From the NCBI RefSeq assembly GCF_000281045.1, contig NW_008246095.1:299087-363086 (forward strand): a stretch of 64,000 bases of DNA. The letters are read 5' to 3'. Positions 23,152-31,910 of this stretch are shown here, in pieces (within the stretch, counting starts at the first letter, position 1; every line of letters starts with the position of its first letter). Under the pieces are notes generated by a model. That model saw only the letters and a program-made list of their open reading frames with translations, was not told the DNA's origin and did no database searches. This DNA is from Saprolegnia diclina VS20 (lineage: Eukaryota). The translations under genes and the position numbers were made by a program.

Positions 23152-23586
23152 TTAGTGGCGACGCGCGTTCACCAGAGGTCGTCGCAGCGACGGCAAGGTC
23201 TTGGAGATCCATATTTTGTTTGTCGAGAGCTCGAACGCACGCGACTGGCACGCGTCGCACACGGCCGGGTTCTCTTCGTCGATGGGCGAGCACACCATGA
23301 ACCATTGTCGTTCAAACTTCCAGTACGCGCGCTCGGCGGATGTCCACGGCACGTAGTGACCCCCAATAAGACTCGAGCGTTCTCGTCGCTTGGACAGGTC
23401 GTGCTTCTTGTAGGCAATCGTAATGTGTCGGGAGGCTGTGACCGGCGCTGGCTTGTGCCCGGCCGCGCACGGCACCTGGGATGGCTCGCTTACGTTGGAG
23501 ACGCGGCGGCGGAGTCGGCGCCATGGCCAGCCCTTTGACTTAGTTGGCTTGGCCGTCAACGTCGTGGGGGTAGGCTCCTGGGGCAT
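23152..23586 (-). CDS. Hypothetical protein, about 144 aa, paralog B of the same family
   Basis: Same GGHxVP...YWK...IxEE...CxxC...AF block. Start may instead be an upstream ATG (up to 23715). Confidence 0.75.
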   Translation of the reverse strand: MPQEPTPTTLTAKPTKSKGWPWRRLRRRVSNVSEPSQVPCAAGHKPAPVTASRHITIAYKKHDLSKRRERSSLIGGHYVPWTSAERAYWKFERQWFMVCSPIDEENPAVCDACQSRAFELSTNKIWISKTLPSLRRPLVNARRH

Positions 23587-25542
23587 GAGGAGGAAGGCGA
23601 GTACGCTCATCGCGTCAAATTGCACTTTGAGCAGCCATCGCATCTGGGTTGCCAAGCGTTGGAATGGCATCAGGATATCCACGTCGCGTGCGTCCACGGA
23701 TTTGTCCAATCCCATGCGAGGGATTTAGCAGGCGGTGTTTTCATTGGTCGACGACCAGTGCACGTATGTATTTGCAGCATGTCAGGTGCAGGTTTGTTGA
23801 AATTTCGAGTCCACACCTGGTCCCGAGGCCGTCCGCGAGGTCGGAGCCTTGCCACAAGCCAAAGACTGATACGTGGGAATGTGGGAATCTGGGAATAGCG
23901 AGATGTCCGCTATTGTCGCGCCCCATGGATCGAACCAGGACCCTTGCCAGAGATACGCAGCATGGCAGGTGCGCGTTCGGTGGATACGGATCCCTCGTTG
24001 TTGACGATGGGGTGTTGGACAAATTATAGCTCAAATTATAGAACGTGCGCTTCAGAAATCGATCCCAGCATGCGACAGAGGCTGCTTCGGTGCCTTCGGT
24101 GATTGCCTGCGCATAACGCACATCTCGCCCGGCTTGATGGGCGGAGAAGCCACGCGATCGCATCCGTCGATCGCGATTCCAACGCACGGGCGACCTCCCG
24201 CAAGCTTGCGTCGTCGCTTGCTGTTCGTGTGCGCACTGCAAGCGTAGTGGCTTGGTGCCACCGACGCTGTTCTCGACGGGCATATATCGGAGCATGGACA
24301 CGGCAAATCCGGTCAAAATTTGCGCGCGCGCTTTTTATGGAGGCAATGCGTTTGAGCAGTTGGACGCGCCAAGGTACTCGTGCGTGTAGGTATATTATCC
24401 TGGACGATTCCACCATCGCATTGACGTCGCGTGGACGTGGCCATCAAGCGATGTAGACTACTTGCTTTGATACGAGTCCAGGGACCTCTCAAGATTGTAC
24501 GGCAGCAGCTGCAAGGAAGAATGAAATCCTGGCGCTTTCTACGCCAGTCGGATGCGAAATCAAAGCACGGAATATCTTTTGGCGCCCGTTCATTAGGGTT
24601 CCCTGGACAGACTACCTTGCATGCATCAACGCTGGACGTCCAACGAGTCTTCAGCTGCCTGTGAGCGAGATTCGCGTTCGGCGAGATGCGTCGACGCCTC
24701 TCAATGCATTCTGCCTTCGAGTGTTATTGATAGTGACAGCGGTGGCAGCAATAACACCACTGGGGCGTCCACGCACGTTCCAGCCCATCTCGGGTCCTCT
24801 GCAGGCGAGACGCAAGCCCTTTGGACCTTCGCTGAAGCTCGCAACGCTCCGGCGATACGAGCTGCAAGAGAAAGTGTCGCTTGTCTTTTCTGATGTCCTG
24901 GAACCATACCATGTGCCGTGCGTTCGTAAGTCAGGTTCAGTCCGAGAACAGGAGATGGAGGACGAAGAGGCGGCCTTGTGCAACCAAGACGAGGCGTCTG
25001 CAGTCTCTGCAGCAGGTCTCCGCCAACCTCGTCCGCGACCATTCCATTAACTCGATCGCAGCATCATAAGGTTGTCGCTGCCACTACAAGAGACGTCGCA
25101 TGCACTCGCCATCGCTCATTCGACTCTTGGCTCGCTGCTTGCCCGTGCTCTTGCCATCGCGGGCCGTAGCTCTTGCGAGATACTGTACCTGTCCGCTGCA
25201 CCAGCGTACTGCGTCGGGCGTAGCAGGCAGCCTACATGTGCAAGCATTGCACGGAATGCGTCGCGATCGACGGGCTGCAGCGCGCCTTCTGCCGCCGCAG
25301 CGCTGGCCGCGTGCAAAATGGCGCTTGTGTATAAGGTTCCAAAGGTGCATCGTGGTATCCGGATGCGCCCGTGCTAAATATGCATTCTGAGAGGATTGCT
25401 GCGCAATGTGATTGGCCGTTGGATTTTACTGGCCGCGAGGGATGACTGGTCCTTGGTGTGGTTGGCTGCGGCTCTCTTTTGGGCGCCGACTTGTATCAAC
25501 GTATACGACCGGGTTTTAAGTTCCAATTTAACTTGTAATAAG

Positions 25543-25612
25543 GTAAGAAACGCAAGTTGCCGGGCATGATGGCCGCCTGGCCGACGACGCAGGAGGCTCA
25601 TGATCTGTGTAG
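25543..25612 (+). other. Probable 5'-UTR intron of RPL13
   Basis: AG|GTAAGA donor at 25543 and TGTGTAG acceptor ending 25612, 6 nt before the ATG. Confidence 0.65.
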
Positions 25613-25618
25613 TCAACC

Positions 25619-26242
25619 ATGGTCAAGCACAACAACGTGATCCCGAATGGCCACTTCCACAAGGACTGGCAGAACCGCATCAAGACGTGGTTCGACCAGG
25701 CCGCGAAGAAGAAGTCGCGCCGCCTGACTCGTAAGGCCAAGGCTGCGGCCATTGCCCCGCGCCCGGCTGCTGGTCTCCTCCGCCCGGCTGTCCACTGCCC
25801 CACGGTCAAGTACGGCTCGAAGGTCCGTGCCGGCCGTGGCTTCACCTTGGATGAGTTGAAGGAAGCTGGCATCTCGCGCAAGCAGGCCCTCTCGATCGGC
25901 ATTGCCGTCGACTACCGCCGCACCAACAAGTCGGTCGAGTCGCTCCAGGCCAACGTCCAGCGCCTTAAGGCCTACAAGTCGAAGCTTGTTGTCTTCCCGC
26001 GCAAGCGCGCCTCGAAGCCCAAGCAGGGCGATGCCTCGGTCGAGGACATCAAGGCTGCCGTCCAGCACACGGGTGCCCTCTTCCCGATTGCCCGTGCCTC
26101 GACGGAAGTCGCCACGGCCAAGATCACCGACGCCATGAAGAACGAGTCGGTCGTCAAGACCCTCCGCCTTGCCAAGGCCGACGCTCGCCTCGTCGGTCTC
26201 CGCAAGAAGAAGGCCGCCGAGAAGGCCAACGCCGACAAGTAA
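25619..26242 (+). CDS. RPL13: 60S ribosomal protein eL13
   Basis: HFHKDWQ...TWFDQA...LRPAVHCPTVKY...GRGFTLDEL...IGIAVDYRRTN...NVQRLKAYKSKL. Very strong codon bias. Confidence 0.98.
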   Translation: MVKHNNVIPNGHFHKDWQNRIKTWFDQAAKKKSRRLTRKAKAAAIAPRPAAGLLRPAVHCPTVKYGSKVRAGRGFTLDELKEAGISRKQALSIGIAVDYRRTNKSVESLQANVQRLKAYKSKLVVFPRKRASKPKQGDASVEDIKAAVQHTGALFPIARASTEVATAKITDAMKNESVVKTLRLAKADARLVGLRKKKAAEKANADK

Positions 26243-26837
26243 ATTTGCCGGTCGGAACTTGTCTTGATCAATTGGAACACATAATTGAGAGCAAAGCCAA
26301 CCCTTTGTTCGACGTCGTACCCTACATCCGGTCCTCTTTGTTCTTTCGCGATCGCGCTGCCATTAGCTCTCGAGTAACCCTAGCGACTATATCGAGTCTG
26401 GCATGTCTTCGTGCGATCGCTTGCGGCTTGTGGAGCCCATGGCCCGAGGGTTGGACCGTCCAAGCACGAAATGCAACTTTATCGTCTTGGCGCCTGTCGC
26501 TGGGCCCGCGGCTTCCGAGGATGTCTCCTTGCGCCCCACGTGCAGCGTAGGACCCATGTGGCGCCTGCCCTCGGCCTCTGCTGCTGCTGCGGCGGCCATG
26601 GGCTACAGCTGCTGCTGCCAGCTCGGGGTCGGCTCGGCTCGCCGCCGAAATATTTAAATGCTATGGATCTTATTGGTGTGAAAATAAAATGCAACTTGAC
26701 GCATAAAGCTTGCTTGTTGTATGAAACATTAAAATTTATAAAAATAAGAATGTAAAAAAGCAGTGGCGCCGCTTCCGACCAATGAATTGACGCCGACCGG
26801 TTTCCACTCGTATTGGAGGTTGAAGCATTTCTATCCG

Positions 26838-28115
26838 ATGGTCGGGCGCATGAAGGGGCTCGCCAAGAGCAAGCGCGTCTTCACGGTCGACGACGACGAG
26901 TACGACGACGGTACCGCAGCCGCGACCCACTCAGGCTCGGAGAGCGAGGCCAATGGCCATGACGACGACGACAACGACGACGTCGCCATGCGCCCCGCGT
27001 CGTCGCTGCGCGTGCGCAACTCCAACTTTGACGACGCCGACCCGGCGTACGAGGGCAAGGTTGTTCGCCGCACCGACCTCAAGAGCGACGATGAAGATGA
27101 CGAAGAAGACCTTGAGCGCGAGATGCAGGACGAGTGGTCCGAAGGCGAGCCGTTCGCGGGCTCGGACGGCGACGACCAAAGCGGCAGCGACCTTGAAGAA
27201 GAGGAAGAGGAAGACGAAAGCGAAGAGGACGACGAAGACTCCTCGGCCGTCGGTGGCGGCGGCGACGTCGACGATGTCATTCGCGCCCTCGAAGAAGAAG
27301 ACGCGGCCGTGCTCATGCGCGCCAAGGACATCGAGACGCAGCAGCACAAAGCCAAGCACGTGCACCACCAAAAGATGATTTGGGAGCGCTGCTTGGAGCT
27401 CCAGATCGCGATCAAGCAGCTTATTGCGACCATCAATGGCGTCGGCGTCTCGGGCTCAGACGACGAGTCGGCGAAGCGATCGGCGCTCGCGGCGCAGCTC
27501 CGGGGCTGCATGACCACGATGCATGCGATGCAGCAGGAGATGTACACGCTGCCTGAGTTTTCTAGCAGCAGCAAGCGCTCGATGGACGCGGCTGATGACA
27601 TGTGGCAAGGCTGTGTCGACGAGTCGGCGGCCGCGCTGCCGCAGTACCAGTCGATTCTCAACAAGTACGCGCGGCAGGCGGACGGTGTCGCGGCCAAGAA
27701 GTTCAAGGCCGTCAACCAGGACGTGCTCGTGCAGGTGGACGCAGTCCTCGCGGACCCGCAGCGCATTCGGCGCAAGGCGCACCCGGCCCGCGACGTCTCG
27801 TCGGCTGACGACGCGACCGACTCGGAGGCGATCGAGGACCTCCAGTACGACGACCGCGAGTTTTACCAGCAGCTCCTGAAAGAGTACATTGAAAACGGCG
27901 CAAACGGGCTCGACGCCAACCTCGGCGCGAGCTTGAAGCTCAAGCGCAAGAAGAAGATTGTGAACCGCAAGGCGAGCAAGGGCCGTGTCGTCAAGTACAC
28001 GGTGATGCCCAAGCTCCAGCATTTCATGTTCCCGGACCCGACGCTCCGATACAAGACCAACATGGACATTGACGAGCTCTTCCGATCGTTATTTAGCTCG
28101 ACGGCAAAGGCCTAA
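26838..28115 (+). CDS. AATF: AATF/Bfr2/TRAUB small-subunit processome factor
   Basis: YEGKVVRR motif, acidic region, IWERCLELQI, and C-terminal YDDREFYQQLLKEYI...RKASKGR...KLQHFMFP...DELFRSLF. Confidence 0.93.
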   Translation: MVGRMKGLAKSKRVFTVDDDEYDDGTAAATHSGSESEANGHDDDDNDDVAMRPASSLRVRNSNFDDADPAYEGKVVRRTDLKSDDEDDEEDLEREMQDEWSEGEPFAGSDGDDQSGSDLEEEEEEDESEEDDEDSSAVGGGGDVDDVIRALEEEDAAVLMRAKDIETQQHKAKHVHHQKMIWERCLELQIAIKQLIATINGVGVSGSDDESAKRSALAAQLRGCMTTMHAMQQEMYTLPEFSSSSKRSMDAADDMWQGCVDESAAALPQYQSILNKYARQADGVAAKKFKAVNQDVLVQVDAVLADPQRIRRKAHPARDVSSADDATDSEAIEDLQYDDREFYQQLLKEYIENGANGLDANLGASLKLKRKKKIVNRKASKGRVVKYTVMPKLQHFMFPDPTLRYKTNMDIDELFRSLFSSTAKA

Positions 28116-28126
28116 GCCATACTACA

Positions 28127-30976
28127 CTACAACACGTCGTCTTCCTCTTCTTCTTCCTTCTCGGCAAAGTACTCGGCCTTGACGGCTGCGACGACCGTCT
28201 CGAGGCCTGCGACGCGGTCAATTGCAGGTGCCAACAAGCCTGGCGACACCCCGAGCTTCTTGACAATGCCCACAAACTGCACGGCCTTTTCACCGACATG
28301 GACGGCCGTCGACGCTCGAATCTTCTTGGCGCGCAGCGTCCGCTCGAGCACACGGAGCTCGTCGTCCGCCATGTCCAACGCCGCATTCGCCAGAATCGCC
28401 GCGGCGTCCGTGAGCGCTTGGCCGTGCGCGTCGTACGATTGCGGGATCTTTTGCGTCGCCATTTGGGTCAACTGGTCGTTGAATGCGCTGTTTTTGAAAA
28501 TCTTGTGTTTGAGTTTCACCTAATTTGGACAATATTGTACATTTGGTCGTGGTGGAAACCATGGTTTGTACCGCTTCTTTGAGGAGCGTCGTAAACTTGT
28601 CAATGATGTCAACCTTGTTCTTCGACTGGATGACGCCCGGTGCGTTCTTGATCTGGTCCGTCTTGGAGCGCAACTGCACAATGTCGGTCGATAGCGCTTG
28701 GAGATACCAGAGCCGGAGGTACGCGTGGCCCGCCGCGAGCCGCTCGGCTTCAGAAAAGTACCAGTCGCGCGTGTCCTTGTTCTTGATGAGCAGCCTACGA
28801 CCTCTCCTGAGCAATTGATGACTCGAGAACGGTCGTACCGCGCCGACCACGTTTGGTTGGCGTCGACGCCCAGCGCCAGCCCATAGCCTTCGAGCTACAT
28901 GGGCGTGAGAGAGCATATCCAGGAGGGACGAGGAACCTTGTTCGAGACGTCGGTCGAGTAGGCAATGGCATGCTAGTCAAGAGAGAGGACGTTGGTGCTG
29001 TGGAACGTAGAGGAGCGTACGGCTTCGTCCTTGAACTTGATCGTCACGAGCTCGTGGATCGTCGCGTTGATGGCTGCAATGTTGTCGACCAGCTTCTTGT
29101 TCGACTCCTTCCGCGCCTTCTTCTCGAGCTACACACAATACATCTTCTCTCCACGGTCTCTCTGCGCTGTTTCTGGCGCACCTGCTCGACCATGGACATG
29201 CCGCCGCCCGTCGCTTTGACCGTGTCTTCGCCGAAAATATCGTCGACTGCACTCGACGCCGCCGCGAGCTCGGCCGCCATTTGGTCCTTGACAGACCGCG
29301 CGGGCGGGCCACCACCGCCTTCGTGCGGTGGCGTCCGTGAGCCCGACGCTGCAAAGTTGCCCTGCTGGATCATCTGTTGGTGTTGCATCACCATGGCGAA
29401 GAGCTGGTCCATCGAGATGCCGCCGACGGACGCCGGGGCGGACATGCTAAAGCTGCCACGGGTTGGTGCGGGCGGCGGCTACGCACATTGTAAGCACTCA
29501 TGTACAAACACAAAAGGAAGATGTACCCCGGGATCGTTGGGCGAGACAGCGTCCGGCGTCTCGAGGAGCGCGCCGTCCAAGCCCCCGGCTTTCATTTTGA
29601 GCTGCGCTTGTTCTTTGGGCATACCCATCGTCAGCAGTTTGAAAAACTTTTTGAACGCAGGGTCGTCCTTGACGAGCAGCGGGACATATGTGACCATCGG
29701 CTGCATCGGCGGCGTCATGGGCGGCGACGGCGGCGCCAGCATCGGCGGCTACGCAATCAACAACATATTTCACTGGACGATGCATGCAGGAAGATGTCGA
29801 CGCACGCCAGGATCGTTGGGCGAGACGGCTTCTGGGTGGTCGAGCAACGACGGATCGAGCTTCTCCGCTTCCATCTTCATCTTGATTTGGTCGACGGGCA
29901 TGTGCATCGCAAGCAGCTTGAAGAACTTTTTATACTTGGGGTCGTTCCCGACCGTCAATGGTACATAGGCCCCGGGCGGTGCCTACAGCCGGACATTGAC
30001 CACAGGTCTTACCGATATTCGTACGCCGGGGTCGTTGGGGGAGACGGCGTGGGGGGTGTCGAGGAGCCCCGGGTCGACGCCATCGACTTCCATCTTGGCC
30101 TTGATCTGGTCCGACGGCATCGACATGGCTTGGAGTTTGAAGTACTTTTTGAATTTGTCGTCGTCCTTGACGAGTAGCGGGTGGTAGATCACCGGTGCGA
30201 TAGCCAGTGGCAGCATTTGCGGCGCACCCATCGTCGACGGCGCAAAACTCGCGCGCTGCTCGAGCGCCTCGAGCTTGTGCATGAGCAAGTCGAGCTCCTT
30301 CTGCTTGATGGACGATGACTTGGAGAGCACGTGCTCGGGCTTGATCTGGTTGGCCTTGGCGATCTGCGCGATCGACTCTTGCGACTTGAGCATCTCTTCG
30401 ATCTGCGCCTTGAGATGCGAAATCTCCTTTTGCTGCTTGCCGACGTCATTGGACTTGGTCGAGAGCTTGATGAGCGTCGCCACTTGCTCCTCGGTCAGGC
30501 CGGGAATGCCCATCATGACGGGGCCACCTAAGCCAGCAAGACGGCGTCGCACACGCATGAGAAGAAAGCACTTTATACCGATGGAGCGCGAGCTCTGTCG
30601 CTTCACAAACGACGAGGCTGCATTGGCCTTTTCTTCTTCGTCGTCGTCTTCCTCCTCTTCGCTCTCTTCCTCGTCCTCGCTGTCTTCCTTGAGGTAGACT
30701 ACGTCGCCATGAGTCGCGTGTCGTTGCCAAGGAGAGACGTACCCTGGATGCAGTGGTCGCGGTGCGCTTTGAAGTGGCGGCGCAAGCAGGTCTAGACGCC
30801 ACATGAGGGTTGCTTCCTGGCAGAGCTCGACGTACGTCGTCGCAGTACATGGCCTGGTGGCACTTGGAGCAGGGTAGCTTGGCCCCATCGGTCTGGCAGT
30901 ACGAGCACTCGGCGGACTTCATGCCGCCTCCGCGGAGCGCGCGCATGAGCTCGTCGTCGCTGTCGCTGTCGGCCAT
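28127..30976 (-). CDS. Multi-exon protein: MYND finger, acidic tract, coiled coil, 3 WASHC3/CCDC53-type repeats, Pro-rich linkers, CHUP1-like helical C-terminal domain
   Basis: Spliced MYND CSYC...CSKC...YCDD|TCLRRHFKAHRDHC (intron 30792-30835). Three (K/N)D.K(F/Y)KK(F/Y)FKL...MP...KM...LD..LL..P.AVSPNDPG repeats. In-frame GT-AG introns traced to the stop at 28127. Confidence 0.85.
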
Positions 30977-31910
30977 CGTTGACTTTGACTTTGCCCTTGC
31001 CTTGTCCAGTTGTGTCATCTCCCCGTGTCATGTCCAGCGTATCTTGTTCATTCGATTAAAATAGCTTGCGATTTGTAAGCGAAGCCATCGTATTTAAATG
31101 CATCGGGGCGGTGGATAGCTATACGTTGGCTAGACGCACGCAAACTTCCATTTCTGCAAGATATCACCGCCGGTGGCCAAGCATCTTGGACGGCTTTAGA
31201 GCTTGTCGTGTGCGCTCCATGTCCCTTCGCCCATCGCCATCGATGACGGCTACCTGTACAAACCTTGGTGGCGGCATGTGTGATAGAATCGACGTTGGTT
31301 TTCGCAGCGACATGTTCAGTCCCCACCTTCTTCGTCCGACGGACAAGCATGTTTAGGGGTCGTACCCTGGGTCCTACCAAATCGACGCATATGAGTCTAT
31401 GAGTTTATGAATATATTTGTATATTTGCTCCTATTCGTTCTTGCCGGCGAGAGCCCTGCTCCCATGCGATTCGACTTGCCAGGGTCGCACGTTGTTCAGC
31501 CGCGCACTCGTGACGGAGCGCGAGGAGGTTGAAGCGTCGAGCCCTTTGTGCGACCAACACAGTAGATTCTGATACGCCTCGTGAAGACCTCAGTATTTAA
31601 AGCTTTGCCACTTCAAGCCAAGCGATCGAGCCCTTGATGAGGTGTCGTGGCCAGCACACTGCGTTCTGCGGTCACTGCAGGTACCGACCGAGTTGGTGCT
31701 TCTTCTGACAAGTCATTCGGCTGACGCACCAGTTGTCGACGGCTCTGAAGCCTCCAGTCTCGCCGTCGCATGTGCCTCGTCGAGGAAATGCCTGAACGGT
31801 CTCGGTGCTTTTTCTACGTTGCACAATCTTATTGCTTGCATATTGGATATCTACGCATCTTATTGCTTGTGCAATGTGAGAAACGAGCGAAACGTCCGAG
31901 AGGACACAGC

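Noticed and set aside
24661..25050. 129-aa GTG-start ORF upstream of RPL13
   Set aside because: No ATG start, no recognisable domain, weak codon bias.
26387..26599. 70-aa poly-Ala ORF between RPL13 and AATF
   Set aside because: Driven by a short CAG/GCA repeat, with no supporting homology.
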